A DNA stretch of 64,000 nt, from NCBI RefSeq assembly GCF_000981445.1, contig NC_027218.1, positions 1,302,001 to 1,366,000 on the forward strand. Direction: 5' to 3'. How positions within the stretch are numbered: position 1 is the first letter of the stretch; each line of letters opens with the position of its first letter. Below the pieces are notes generated by a model. That model worked only from the letters and a program-made list of their open reading frames with translations, was not told where the DNA came from and did no database searches. Shown here piece after piece: positions 48,652-60,560 of the stretch. Made by a program: the position numbers and the translations under genes. Origin of the DNA: Babesia bigemina. Its lineage: Eukaryota.

Positions 48652-51600
48652 ATGGCACCGCAATTTAAGAAGCTCACTGACTGCCCGGAAAACCTCCGTG
48701 AGTCCATCGACTGGCTCATACAGGTGAGGCATGGGAATGGTATGGATGGTATTGGTGAGTTGGCCAAAGCTTTGCAAAAGCTGATTGGGGAGGCTATTGA
48801 AAAAGCGTATACTACTAATATTGATGCGCTTCTTAAGCTTCTTGATTCTGCCAAGTCTTACAACTGTTGCAAGGATAAAGTGGCTGAAATTGGGAAACTT
48901 AAGGACTCCGAAAAAATTGAAGATGAGAGTTTAAAGAAACTCTTACAGTGTGTTGAAGATCATAAAACGTCCTGTTACAATCACCTGGACCATTCCCAGC
49001 AGAAATCATACGATGAGATTGAGTCCAAGTTGGATCAACTTAAAAATCATAAAGAGAGTCTTGAAGGATTGACGGATGAAAGTCAATGTAAAGTGTTACT
49101 TACTAATTTATGTGATGGCCTCGAGACCTTCCTAGGTTACGACTCAAAATCCAAAGGCTACACTGGCCAGGGGATTGTGTACTCCGACCTTGACAGGCTG
49201 TGTGACGGGGTGATGGGATTTTTGCTTGGTGTGCTTAAAGAGGTACATGAAAATAACAACTTATCACCTTATAAAACAACATTAAATGAAGCAGTAACTA
49301 AATTAAAAGAACAGCGATATAATGGTAAAAAAGGTTTGGTGGCTGTGATTGACCCGGTCAAGCAGGGGATTGCGGGGTGGTTGGGGGAGGTGGAAAAAAG
49401 AAATAATGATGTAACGAAATATATCAATTTTTTACAAAATGACGCAATTAACGCTGCTACTGGTATCGAAAAATGGAAAAATCAAGCATTTGATGAAGCC
49501 TCCAAAAAACATGGTGAGTTGCACAATTGGATCAAATCCATCAAGGCGCTATCCAACCAACCGTATTATGCCATTCATGCGCTCGAATACGTCGATAAAA
49601 ATCTCAAAAACGATTTACTTCCGCATATCACTTTACTTAATAACGCCATTGATACTTTCAAGCAGAATACGGTTGAAGATTATAATGGACTCAACGCGGT
49701 GGCAAGCGATGCAAAATTTCAAATTAATGCTCTTGAAAACATGGTTAAACAAGTTGCTGTAGAACAGCAGCAGATTTGTAGGAAGAAGCTGGAAGATGCG
49801 TTTCTCGAAAAAATTCAGTCGCCGATTGAAAAACTGAATGAGAAGCTGAAGGGTCTTAATGGTGAATTAAAGACGTGGATAGATAAGGCCCATTTGTTAG
49901 TGAGCAAAGCAACCGCACAATGTGAAAGGATAGTAAGGGAGGTTCAAGATCAAGGCCATGGAAAACAAAAATCCGCGAATCGTACAGCCGTGGAGACAGC
50001 GGCGGAAACATTAAGGGACAGAGCGAATGTGCTCTACAAGGCGGCGAATAACGTAACGAAAAACATTGACAGCTGGGTTAGGGCGGCACAGAGCCAATTG
50101 CAGCAGTTGGAAGATGCTGTAATGTGGGATTTAAATGGCGTTAAAGATAACCTGTTGGCAGGGTTTGGGAAGTATTTGACGGGTTACGTTGGCAAAATTC
50201 AACAGGAGGTAAAGAAGATTACGGACTATAAGACAGGTTTACAAAAAATCGAACATGCGGTGAAGGCCTATGCTACGGACTTCAAGAGTGAAGAGGGTTT
50301 TGGGACAAAAGTGAAGATGTGGGTTGAGGAGATTATTGAAGACAGTGCTTACGTCAAGGAGAAGCTTAAGGCTTATGCTGGCAGTAAGGTCCATCAAGGT
50401 AGGTTCAGGCAGCCACAATATACAGCGTCGCAGCCAGATATAGCAATTTCCAAGTTTTACCAGGATATTGCAGAGGTTTTCAAGACCATGCTAAGAGCAG
50501 AAATCCGTGATGCAGCTTTAATGGTACAACAGATGATCGACTCTGATGGCGGACCTGCAGAAAAAATCGAAGATAATATCGTAGCTATTCATACTGGTTG
50601 TGAGCAATTCGCAAGTGGCATTGAAGCAGCCATTGAAAAGAAAGCATCTGGTATTATGAATCCAATGTCTGCAGGTTTTTATACGTTTGCTAAGGATATA
50701 GCTAGGGAAATTGAGAAAGTTGTTTTGGAAAACCCTGCACGACCTGATTCTCTACAACTTGAAGATTCTCTTGAAAACGCAGTCCGCTATACTCTTGCCA
50801 AACTCATTGCCTCTGCTAGGCAAAAAGCTGCTGACCTTGGATGGCTCACCGGCGAGGACAACAACCAAGCCAACATCGGTAAAGTGGACGTCTCTCTCGA
50901 TGTGGCTACAAAGCTTAATGAGGCTCTCAGAACGGCGACTGATCCCGATTCCTCAACTGGCAAATCCTACGTCGAGGATAAAAAGGCTCTCGCCGATTAC
51001 TCTGTAATCCAGGACATATCTCAGGAGCTGGAAAGAGAGTTACCATTAGCAATTGTAGATGGCAGTTCTACGAATAAAGTCCAATTAACTAAGTTTACAT
51101 CGTCGTTCACCAATGCTCGGCCTGATGGCGCCAACGAAACCAAGAAAAAATTACTCACAGAGAAAATCAAAGAAATAGAAACAAAGGTGCTACAGAAGCA
51201 ACATTTGGGGCAAGTTATGAGCACCACGACTAACGGTGCTACGGATGATAAATTCTACAGTGATACCTTCCAAAAATTGTGCGAAGTCGTAGAAAATAAA
51301 CTAAAAACTCTGTGCAAAGCTGTTGCCGATTTGGTTACGAATAAGGGAGATGAGAACACTATCACTCCAGATGACAAACGTGGCCTACAAAACCTCATGG
51401 CTGACATGAAATCCATGCTTGATGAGAAATATTTAGATGGTAAATTTTATAAACTTCCAAACAGACTCAGACAGATACAGAAACGTCTCAACGGCATAAT
51501 AGGCACCGAGGATGATTATGATAACAGTGAAACCCTTGTCGGCATACTCGATGCCTGTGGGAAATTTTGCGGCCAAACGATCAATGAGATAGTGAAAGAT

Positions 51601-54495
51601 AGCATCACCCAAATCAAGACTACCGTGAAAGTAGAAGTCGCGTCCAAAATCGCGAGCATCCAAAGATCGGCTCTCGCCAATTTCGCAAAGTCCAAGGAGG
51701 CCGAGCTTCACAATCTGCAAGAGCTGATCAAGGATAAAAATAGGGTGATTGCAAAAATAATTAGAGACGATTTGGAAAGCGAATTGAAGGGTATGATGAA
51801 GAAAATGAATGCGCAAAAAGGTACGCTTGATACAATCCACGGTCTTGCAACACCTTCGCCAGGTACACCTGTTAAGGACAACGCTCAAAAATTCCGACAA
51901 ATCTCAACTAATTTCAAATCGTATTACAATACAATTCACGAGCATATTGAAGACCAACTTATCCCAAAGCCGAAGTCCAGTCCACCCCCACCTCCCATTT
52001 CCGGTGGCGGTTACAGAGCACGTCCGGCAGCACCTATCCCTCAACCTAAAGGGAATCCACCAGGCCGAGTCGGAATGTCTGCCAAAACTGCGCCAACAGG
52101 CCAGCAGCCTCCACAAACCACCAAGAATCTCATTGCAGAATACATTGAGAGACTTAAAGTGCATTCCGACAGACTTTTCGGCACGCTCTCCGCTGGTTAC
52201 TTTAGTAGATCCTTCGCAACAAAACTGGAAAATCTAAAAGAGTTCCTCAGCTCCATGCGCTTTTCAAATTTTGCAGGTATTGGCAGTCCATTATTCGACA
52301 TCCTTAGGTTTGGCATTCAGTCTCTCACAACCGAACTTGGGAAGGCGTATATATCGGTGTGTGATACTCAGGCGTACAATTTCCAATGGAATGTTGATAA
52401 AAATTCGGAGAACTGCGCCAAGGTTTTCGTTACCATACTCGGAATGATTTTCGAAGATTTGAGTACGTTAAAAACAGAATGTGACAGACGTTTCTCCATA
52501 AGTACAATAAGCCTATCTTCGGATCTTGGAGGTTTGTTTAAGCGCTACGGTTACGTCGTAGCCAAGGACTCCAAATCACAAGACGGTGAGCTGAGGCGTA
52601 GTGACGAGATGAATGGTACGGCAGTTCGAGGGAGAATCGTCGGCGATTATCCACGTGTTTTTAATTCCTCTGCTGATACTAGACATGCCATCAACAGTCT
52701 CTTCGATTGCTTAGAAACGTATAATCAGGTATGTCACCTGTCCACTTTCTATGCATGGAGGCAGCCATGCTCCGTGTACGAGATGCTTGTTTGGTTGGCC
52801 GGTTTGCCTTACAACAACGTATATGCCGTGTTACTATCTGACGGTTTAACTAACGTTCTGACGAAGCCGAAGAGGAAACCGATAGAGACGGGTGAGGATG
52901 ACTTCGAAGTGGAGTTCGACGACCTGAAAGCCTACTACGCCGATACCTATCCTAATCGGGTAACACATGGCGACATTATTGCAGCGTTGGGCCATGTCTG
53001 CTCAACGTCATATGACGTGTTGGCCACTATTGCTGGTCACGGTGACGAATTCACAACGTACGCAGCTGACTTCTGTACGAACTCACTTAATCTAAAATAC
53101 CCTGCGTCAGGGGAGGAATGCTTGCATAACATCGTTGATATCCTACGTAGAATGTTACCGCAGCTCCAATATCTGTTCAGCCGATGCAAACTAAGTGCTA
53201 TGCACGGTGGATGGTCGCAATGCCTTTACGGCAAGGACGTCACGACAACCAAATGGCCATGTAACAACCACTCATCCGACAAACCTAGCACTAAAGCAAA
53301 TTGCCAACCAACGTCGCCACTAATGAGCTACATAACTGACTCACTTCCCGGTCACCAGCCTCACCAATTGAGTTCCATTGGATGCAAGTATGACTGCGCC
53401 AACTGTCCGTCCGTGTCCAGAAAAGGTATGCCTTGCCTAACTCCACTTGGATTCAGAGGTTTCTCTGGGTCCACGCGCAAAGGTGAGGATATATGTGAAA
53501 TTTTGGAAAAACTCTTCTCAAACTTCTATTTGTCGTCTCTATTCTGTATAGTTCCCAAAACGCCGGCATCATTGCCCGAACACTACGGTTTCGTATTATC
53601 GTTGGTTGAGGGTTGGCACAGTACCAAAACGTCACGCAAAGGCCTCATTATGGAGTCCATTGAAACATCAATCGGGAAACAATCGATTGGACTATATGAC
53701 GACACGAGCAAGCTGACAAATGCGCTTGCAAATGCGTATGGAAGCAGCCAGACTATTCATCAAGATAAAAACCACCTAGGTCCACTTGTTGACTTGTCAA
53801 GTCTGTCGATGAATACCGTATGCCAGAAGAAAGATGCGAAACTTCAATGCGCACCTTACCTTACATCACTGTGCGTAGATGCGTATATTTACTCAACCCA
53901 AAAGCAATCCAACACCTACCTGTCCTGGGCCATCTACCTCCCATGGACATTCTGGGATCTGCTCAACAATCTCTACAACGCTTTCTGCTCAATTAACTGC
54001 CAGGACTGGGCATGTCGTGAATGTCTTCGTGGTGATAAGTGCAAAAAGGGAGGGCATGGTGTTGTTGATGAAGATAAGCCAAATAACAAATGCCAATGCC
54101 CTTCCATCGTCGACTGCAAAGGCGTCGCACCAACGCTCTACCAGTATGGTTTCGTCTTTGGTGAAGCGTCGACGCTGAATGACAAGGCATCGCCGAAGAC
54201 GTGTTCCGATTTCTGTAGCCAGTTGAAGAATGTTCTCAATTCAGAATATTTCAAGAAGCTGTTCAGAGAATGTGACAACTTCCTATATTATATCCGGTTC
54301 CCCTTCATGACATTAACCCTCGCCCTCTGGCTCCTCTCCTTGTTGTACCTTTTCCACATCATGATCATCCGCCTCGACCTGCTCCACATCAAATCGCATC
54401 TTCACTCACCCTCATCACACCGCATCACCGCTCAATCACTACTCGCAGCCGCACGTGTCGGCAAACTTGCCAAGCTCACCTACCTGCAACCTTGA
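48652..54495 (+). CDS. ves1: Variant erythrocyte surface antigen (VESA1-like), 1947 aa, intronless
   Basis: MAPQFKKLTDCPENLRESIDWL, GYTGQGIVYSDLDRLCD, PCSVYEMLVWLAGLPY, PCLTPLGFRGF, TM, and tail HIKSHLHSPSSHRITAQSLLAAARVGKLAKLTYLQP. Confidence 0.92.
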   Translation: MAPQFKKLTDCPENLRESIDWLIQVRHGNGMDGIGELAKALQKLIGEAIEKAYTTNIDALLKLLDSAKSYNCCKDKVAEIGKLKDSEKIEDESLKKLLQCVEDHKTSCYNHLDHSQQKSYDEIESKLDQLKNHKESLEGLTDESQCKVLLTNLCDGLETFLGYDSKSKGYTGQGIVYSDLDRLCDGVMGFLLGVLKEVHENNNLSPYKTTLNEAVTKLKEQRYNGKKGLVAVIDPVKQGIAGWLGEVEKRNNDVTKYINFLQNDAINAATGIEKWKNQAFDEASKKHGELHNWIKSIKALSNQPYYAIHALEYVDKNLKNDLLPHITLLNNAIDTFKQNTVEDYNGLNAVASDAKFQINALENMVKQVAVEQQQICRKKLEDAFLEKIQSPIEKLNEKLKGLNGELKTWIDKAHLLVSKATAQCERIVREVQDQGHGKQKSANRTAVETAAETLRDRANVLYKAANNVTKNIDSWVRAAQSQLQQLEDAVMWDLNGVKDNLLAGFGKYLTGYVGKIQQEVKKITDYKTGLQKIEHAVKAYATDFKSEEGFGTKVKMWVEEIIEDSAYVKEKLKAYAGSKVHQGRFRQPQYTASQPDIAISKFYQDIAEVFKTMLRAEIRDAALMVQQMIDSDGGPAEKIEDNIVAIHTGCEQFASGIEAAIEKKASGIMNPMSAGFYTFAKDIAREIEKVVLENPARPDSLQLEDSLENAVRYTLAKLIASARQKAADLGWLTGEDNNQANIGKVDVSLDVATKLNEALRTATDPDSSTGKSYVEDKKALADYSVIQDISQELERELPLAIVDGSSTNKVQLTKFTSSFTNARPDGANETKKKLLTEKIKEIETKVLQKQHLGQVMSTTTNGATDDKFYSDTFQKLCEVVENKLKTLCKAVADLVTNKGDENTITPDDKRGLQNLMADMKSMLDEKYLDGKFYKLPNRLRQIQKRLNGIIGTEDDYDNSETLVGILDACGKFCGQTINEIVKDSITQIKTTVKVEVASKIASIQRSALANFAKSKEAELHNLQELIKDKNRVIAKIIRDDLESELKGMMKKMNAQKGTLDTIHGLATPSPGTPVKDNAQKFRQISTNFKSYYNTIHEHIEDQLIPKPKSSPPPPPISGGGYRARPAAPIPQPKGNPPGRVGMSAKTAPTGQQPPQTTKNLIAEYIERLKVHSDRLFGTLSAGYFSRSFATKLENLKEFLSSMRFSNFAGIGSPLFDILRFGIQSLTTELGKAYISVCDTQAYNFQWNVDKNSENCAKVFVTILGMIFEDLSTLKTECDRRFSISTISLSSDLGGLFKRYGYVVAKDSKSQDGELRRSDEMNGTAVRGRIVGDYPRVFNSSADTRHAINSLFDCLETYNQVCHLSTFYAWRQPCSVYEMLVWLAGLPYNNVYAVLLSDGLTNVLTKPKRKPIETGEDDFEVEFDDLKAYYADTYPNRVTHGDIIAALGHVCSTSYDVLATIAGHGDEFTTYAADFCTNSLNLKYPASGEECLHNIVDILRRMLPQLQYLFSRCKLSAMHGGWSQCLYGKDVTTTKWPCNNHSSDKPSTKANCQPTSPLMSYITDSLPGHQPHQLSSIGCKYDCANCPSVSRKGMPCLTPLGFRGFSGSTRKGEDICEILEKLFSNFYLSSLFCIVPKTPASLPEHYGFVLSLVEGWHSTKTSRKGLIMESIETSIGKQSIGLYDDTSKLTNALANAYGSSQTIHQDKNHLGPLVDLSSLSMNTVCQKKDAKLQCAPYLTSLCVDAYIYSTQKQSNTYLSWAIYLPWTFWDLLNNLYNAFCSINCQDWACRECLRGDKCKKGGHGVVDEDKPNNKCQCPSIVDCKGVAPTLYQYGFVFGEASTLNDKASPKTCSDFCSQLKNVLNSEYFKKLFRECDNFLYYIRFPFMTLTLALWLLSLLYLFHIMIIRLDLLHIKSHLHSPSSHRITAQSLLAAARVGKLAKLTYLQP

Positions 54496-55090
54496 TAGGC
54501 CATCTCACCACCACCCACCTAACCCACTACTTAGCAACCCACCGCCTAATCAAACACTCACCCAAATATATTACCTAATACCTAGTCAGCAATTGGTAGC
54601 CAGTGTACTTCATGTATTGATAGGTTCGTGGTTTGGGATGTAGAGTTGTAAGCTACGGGTGAAATGTGCCCACGCCCTCCCATGGCATTAGTGGGCAGCG
54701 ATGTTGGGTGATGGGCCACTAATGGAGGCTGCTGAAGAGTGTTGTGATATGTGAAAGTGCGTCGTATGTAACGTGATTCTTTGGCGTGATAGCCATTATG
54801 TGCGTCGCTAGGCAATGAACGTTGCCGGGGCTCTCCTACGTGATGGCCAATGGAAGGCGTGGTTAGGTGGAATTTATGGGAACAGCGTAAATGAGAAGCA
54901 TGTTAACTTAGGAATATAGCTCATACGGGCACTCATTATAGGACAAAAGTAACACCAGTCATATGCACTGGTAACGTGCAGTATGTGACGGATGGAGTTG
55001 ACTGCGCAACCGGTACCGGTTAATCTGCATGCCACGGCCAGGATGGTATCAACATGCTTTATCTTGGTTGTACTTCAGTTGTGATAGCTC
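54496..55090 (+). repeat. Conserved ves 3' flank element, copy 2
   Basis: Similar to 32393-33000. Confidence 0.85.
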
Positions 55091-55242
55091 CATATGAGTT
55101 ATTTAACCGGCGGTGCGCTGGATGGCGATCATCCGGTTGGCCGTGTATCACTGATGGGATACGGCATAGTGGTGTCACCTGTGGGTGCCTAGGCTACGCA
55201 TTGTATGCCCTTGCAGGCTTATCGTGGTGGATATGTAAAAAG

Positions 55243-55623
55243 ATGGTGGTGCAGGAGTGCCCTTGTGGCAATGGTTGTGATACATCTACTTGTAAGTGCT
55301 GTATCGTGTGTTGTGATAGATGTAATGGTGACAGTACTTGCTCACAATGTTTGGGGAGGATACGTGAGTCCATGGTGAGTTTGCCATGTAGGCCTGAGTA
55401 CTGTCAGAAAGCATGTAAGAAAAAAGATGGACGTTGCCACTGTGGTTGTTGTGAAAACGATGATACACACGTTGCCGCAGGTGTCACCGTTCCCGTAATC
55501 ATTGCCATAATCTTCATCTTCATCCTCCTGTTCGATTTATGCATCTTTCGCATTCGAGCCTTCCAATACGTCCGCGAATATATCGTAAGCAAATTACCGT
55601 TTTGTATCGCATTTTACAATTAA
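55243..55623 (+). CDS. Small Cys-rich single-TM protein (ves-linked), 126 aa
   Basis: 18 Cys in the first 70 aa (CKCCIVCCDRC...CHCGCC), TM VPVIIAIIFIFILLFDLCIF, and tail PFCIAFYN shared with the 35029 gene. Confidence 0.82.
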   Translation: MVVQECPCGNGCDTSTCKCCIVCCDRCNGDSTCSQCLGRIRESMVSLPCRPEYCQKACKKKDGRCHCGCCENDDTHVAAGVTVPVIIAIIFIFILLFDLCIFRIRAFQYVREYIVSKLPFCIAFYN

Positions 55624-57083
55624 CTCCAAGACTTTTTGTTATCGCACTTAGCTGATGGCGTCAGACATTAATGGCCAAACGCTTGTCTAATGACGTATTG
55701 TAAAATGTCTCAAGGTTGTGCATCCACAGGCAGTCAGTGAAAAGTTCATGCATTATGTCGACAACGCATTTAATAATAATCGGCAAATTGAACGGAGTCA
55801 ACCAATGCGGCCTTTTTATGTCTACCTCCACCACCTCTACAGGCCACCAATCCCCTCCCAATTTCCCACCTGAAATGTAATTGGGTCACATAACCTAGTA
55901 ACATATATGTAGCCATTATTCACAAGTCCGATATAATTTAATCACAGTTTAACATTTTAGTCTTTCGTTACCATACCTGGCGGCAATCCCTTGTTCACTT
56001 ACTGACCTGTATAAGTCTGTAAAAGGCCAACAAATTAAACCCTAAAGTACCTCATCAATCCACTGTTTCGTTAAGCTCTGAATCCTATTTCGCCAGGATC
56101 ACGTCCACCTCTTGAATTCCCAGTCCCTGTAACTCTGTCGTATTGTTCGCTTGTCTACCATGCCTTGCAACCCTCTTTCCAAATCGATTTCAATAGCTCC
56201 CTTTGAACCTGAAATATGATCTCTGCAGGCTGTTTATTCATCATTTGCATGCCAATCAAAAACCATTTGCATAGCGCCCAGGAGGCTATTGAGTGCAAAT
56301 CTCACCCTCCACTGGGGTTTGGTTGACTGACATAGCAGGAGAGGTTTTGTGTAAACATAGCGCTTCCTGTAATCACCATTCTACTTTTCGGATGGCGAAT
56401 TATTAGCCGACTTAGTGTTGTCGTTGATGTCATTGGTGAAACGAAAAACGTGTGTTACCGATGGCAGATGGTAGTGGAAACTAGTTTGAGCATTGTGGCT
56501 CAATATCAACTAAGGCCTGTACGAATGTTCGTTAACTGCCGTATGAACAAACAACGTCACGATAGTCTCACTCCATCATTTCGGACCCATTGTCGTTAGA
56601 TGTTTGCAGGAACATGGTGTCGTGGGTGTGGATGGGCTAGGCCCAAGAAGCGACAAAGGTACGGGCAAATTTCAAATAAACGTATACACAAATCGCATAA
56701 ACCTTAAGCTAAAAAGTGAACTGAAGAGCACTAGCCTTATGACATGAATTTTGACGTTGCTAAAAGAGGCTATGTACGCTGAGTCTTAGTGAGAATGTTA
56801 AGGGAAACATTATGGCAAAACGATCAACATGTAGGAATCTGGGCGTGCATTGACATACATTTCCGGTTCCTAAACATGTAGGCCGCTTTGAGCATGGCGA
56901 GCGAAAGAGCGACTACGCAGGCACCATTCAGTACACCAACGTCAGCCATTGGCCAATTTAGGTCAACTACACCATTTATGCAAGCAACCCTAGTTATGAT
57001 AAGGAGGCAATAAGATAGCATTAGCGTGTGTTGCTACTACAGGGCCGTGATATAACTATTGCGATATTAAGGCCCAACGTATT

Positions 57084-57950
57084 CTACGACAAGCCAGCGT
57101 ATGTCCTCCGACTGAAGGCGGGGTAGCGGTCAATGTTCACCTCATCGGGAATTCTGTCACCGACGAGATGACTCGGGGATCTGCAGGAAGACACAGGCGA
57201 GATGGGAAATGCGGCGCGGATTCCAGTCGTCATCCGGTGGAATGTCTCGGGAAACATGCCCCACATGACAATAAAGCATGATAAAATGATCAAACCGATG
57301 ATTAGAACACCTAGCCATATTCTGCACCAGTCTTGGGAACATAGTTTGTTGCAGTATGTGCATATAATGACGCAATTTTTGTTCATGTCTCGTACACCAA
57401 TGGCCCACCTATCGCAGTTGTAGGTACAGTTAACACCGTGAAGTTTCCTGCAGTTGTTTTCGTATTCTTTGCGATCCCATACAGGTTTGCCGTTGTCGTA
57501 TTTGACATGGCCTTGGCATTTGATGCCATCTGGGCACCTGCCAATTACGTAGCCGTCGCAAGGACCTCCATTACAATTCCTCGGATCACACCACCTACAG
57601 CAGCTACAAATCACGCCATTACATTGCGTTCCGCAGCTGCATTGATAACATATGCATTTCTCAGATTCTGCGCATTTCCTCTCGCAGCGCTTACAATTGT
57701 TACTAGGTTTTTTCTTACAGCTCTTGCCATCGCTACCATTTGCATAACAATCAGTCGGACAACCACAGAGACGAATATAACACTTACATGGCTCATTCGT
57801 GCTGCAGTTCTTTATGCAGCCCTTACATCCGGGGCTACAGCACGACTTGCACGTTTTACATGCGTCCTTAGAGCATGGACCATTGATGTTCTCATCACAT
57901 GTAATATTTAAGCATTTACACTTGTTACCCTCCACCTGCTTCTCCGTCAT
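57084..57950 (-). CDS. Long Cys/Lys-rich single-TM protein, 288 aa
   Basis: About 210 aa of dense CxC/CxxC/CC including CSCCRWC, TM IWLGVLIIGLIILSCFIVMWGMF, and a ~55-aa tail. Confidence 0.8.
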   Translation of the reverse strand: MTEKQVEGNKCKCLNITCDENINGPCSKDACKTCKSCCSPGCKGCIKNCSTNEPCKCYIRLCGCPTDCYANGSDGKSCKKKPSNNCKRCERKCAESEKCICYQCSCGTQCNGVICSCCRWCDPRNCNGGPCDGYVIGRCPDGIKCQGHVKYDNGKPVWDRKEYENNCRKLHGVNCTYNCDRWAIGVRDMNKNCVIICTYCNKLCSQDWCRIWLGVLIIGLIILSCFIVMWGMFPETFHRMTTGIRAAFPISPVSSCRSPSHLVGDRIPDEVNIDRYPAFSRRTYAGLS

Positions 57951-59499
57951 CCTCTCCCGACCTCATTCACACGCCACCTACGGCAACTGACAATATGTTT
58001 CACCGCTCTGCCATATTTGAAGAAGCACTGTAATACATAGCTTACGTCCTCACATGCGTGGCGCCGTGCATCCAGCTGCGCATGCAGACTTGGACCGCAA
58101 ACTCAGAGCACTGACACCATGGGCACCCATATCCACGACATGCATTGACAAGGCAATTCGCCCAGATGATGACATCGGCATTATAATCAACATTCGGTTG
58201 TTCAATAACGTATACGCTAACTCATTCAGCTCACCTCATGTCACCGTACCACTGCCTCCGCTGTGGTACTACCATGGTAGAATGTGGCAACGCATCGATC
58301 CCGACAAGAGGATGGATCCTTGAGTTGCCTATATTATTGACATATGACTAACGCAATCCTTGTTCCACAACTGTTGTTAATAAAATGTTTCGTAGCGATC
58401 AACATTTTGTTATGATGCGCAACGTTTTTACGTGTCAACTCAACATCCCCTCCGAATGATGGCACGTCAGACCCGCGCTGCTGTCAGTGATTACATAAAA
58501 CGGATGATCGCAATTGTCCACAATGGGTAATCCATACTCATCAGTTGGCCCACCTTCAGTCACCTGCTCAATAGTAACCCTTCGTCTCTCAACGGTGCGT
58601 TACCAGGGAGCACTCACGATAAGATACAATAAGCGTGGCAACAACGTTCTGTGTTCTAGTGCCGTGAACCGATTATTAACTGGATCGACGACTACCCTAC
58701 CAAAGTAATCTTTTACAACATTTGCTGATGCTAACAACGCTCCCTCGCCCTCCACTCATCATCTGATTTACGGTGATCGCAACGAATATCATTTTGGATT
58801 GGAAGGCGATATAATGTGGACAAGTTGTAAGCAAAAACTGTGAATCTCTGTAACAAGGAACCAGTAAAATAGTGGTGGGTGATGCTTTACATAGTTATGC
58901 CTAATCTACTATTGGTAGCCAAAGCATTGGACGCTCTTGTGGATGAAACGTTTCGAGGACTCAGCTACCTCCTACCCATGGAAACAGCACTAGATATTGC
59001 CCGTCGAATGCTACAGTAAAGAAGATCATCACTCTACAAACTACTGTATCAACACGTGCGCCTTTGGTTACGGCAACGCTCTCCTTTAACACTTCTCGCA
59101 TCATTCACCTTTTAAAGCTCGTGTGACTCAGAGAATGGAATACGTTAGGCGATACGATTTTAAGTTTTGCATAACATATCAGAACAACAAATATACGGTA
59201 GACAAGTAACTGTTATGCAACGACCGGAAAAGAGACGGGTGCACCTATGCCTGCCCACTGTGCCAAGGATAGTCAGCGCGGCATTACAACTAACAACTTC
59301 GGTACTGCTGCTTTATGACTATCCAACGCAATCACGCTCCATCTGCCAGATATATAATTGCAGTAATCAGGGCATACATCCACCAACTGCTACCACCTCC
59401 AGGGAAGGTCGGTCATTGCTTGGCGGTACGGAATTGCGTGAGCATAGTAGAATGGCAAGTTGTACATGATGTAAGCAGGCATATAAATATAAGGTCACA

Positions 59500-59700
59500 T
59501 GTAAAAAGCTTAGTGGCCGTCCTATCTATTGTACTCATTGCGCTCCTCGTCATCATTTTCATATTGCTTGATGGCTTGTGGTCTGTGCATCGTAAATACA
59601 CATGGTGAATGGTGCTTCCCATAGGGGTAGTTGTAAAACTTATGCGAAACCTGCGCTTTATGCACTGTCCATCCCTCTACTCTACTATAGCCTCAACTAA
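59500..59700 (+). pseudogene. Relic of the TM/tail part of the 33445-type Cys-rich gene
   Basis: LLVIIFILLDGLWSVHRKYTW* versus ILVIIFILIYVLCLMHRKHT. DNA similarity continues past a premature stop, and there is no Cys-rich N-terminus. Confidence 0.6.
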
Positions 59701-60560
59701 CCAGCAAGTTGTTAGGTAATGGAGATTCGATGACAGTATCTCACTAGCTGATATGTTTGACTCGATGATCTCATCTCAAGAGAAAAGTGGAACTTATGTG
59801 GTGGTAATCCAGTCCGTCACCTGATAAGCGATAGGCCATCTGTTAGGTTAGCAAGTGGCATGTGGTTGACGTGGCGCTGCATACTGGCGTGCTTGGTGAC
59901 AGCATTGTGCCAATCAGAAACAACAAACTAGGATTTCAGGGGAGCTGGTCACTGAACGGAATAACCAGGGTAGAACAAAGCGGATGATAGACAGACTTGG
60001 CGCTTCTTGTGGATACCGCATTGTTAGTTGCTGTATTGTTAAATCACGGTAAAGACATGTCTTATTAGTGCATGTGGGAGGGCATATTTGTGTCATGGCA
60101 GCGTTGGGAGATCCGGACTCACGGTTGCCCCAGCACAAGGTGAATGGCATGGTAGGGGTTGGAGGATGCTCATTGTATACCTTCAGTTGGTTGAGGGTGT
60201 TAGAGTATTGAGGTACGTGATTAATAGCTGTGCAGAGTTTATTGCCAATTAGACTGCAAGAAAGATGGGTAATTGCGTCGGTTGTAGTAAAAGTAGGCAA
60301 GAGGCTCATGACGGCACGTGCAAGGCCATTGCTTTTGGCTACATCTTTGGAGGCACTATTCTAATGCTCGGCATTCTTCTATTGACACTATACATCTGCG
60401 GAAAAGTCCATAACATGAGTCTTGGTGAGACGTTCGGCCGACTGCGAGACGCATTCCGTGATTCCAAGCCTTCACTCAATTAATCCCCTAGCCTCATCCA
60501 GTCCACATATTCTCACTGTTGCCATGTCACATCCGATCTCAATTTTATGACTTTAACTGA
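59520..60560 (+). repeat. Segmental duplicate of 33760-34740
   Basis: Shared blocks TATAGCCTCA.CTAACC.GCAAGTT, GAAAAGTGGAACTT, TTAGGTTAGCAAG.GGCATGTG, GACAGACTTGGCGC and the microprotein tail. Confidence 0.85.
60265..60483 (+). CDS. 72-aa single-TM microprotein
   Basis: MGNCVGC N-terminus, TM AIAFGYIFGGTILMLGILLLTLYIC, and a tail identical to the 34492 ORF. Confidence 0.75.
   Translation: MGNCVGCSKSRQEAHDGTCKAIAFGYIFGGTILMLGILLLTLYICGKVHNMSLGETFGRLRDAFRDSKPSLN

Noticed and set aside
55054..55242. Longer 189-aa start for the Cys-rich gene
   Set aside because: Paralogues start at an AAGATG just before the Cys domain, and this stretch contains an intron-like GTGGGT...TTGCAG segment.
55900..59100. 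Possible decayed coding or mobile-element sequence at about 56.0-56.4 kb and 58.5-59.0 kb (e.g. LVAKALDALVDETFRGLSYLLP)
   Set aside because: Only short interrupted frames; no transposase/RT motif or terminal repeats could be recognised by eye.
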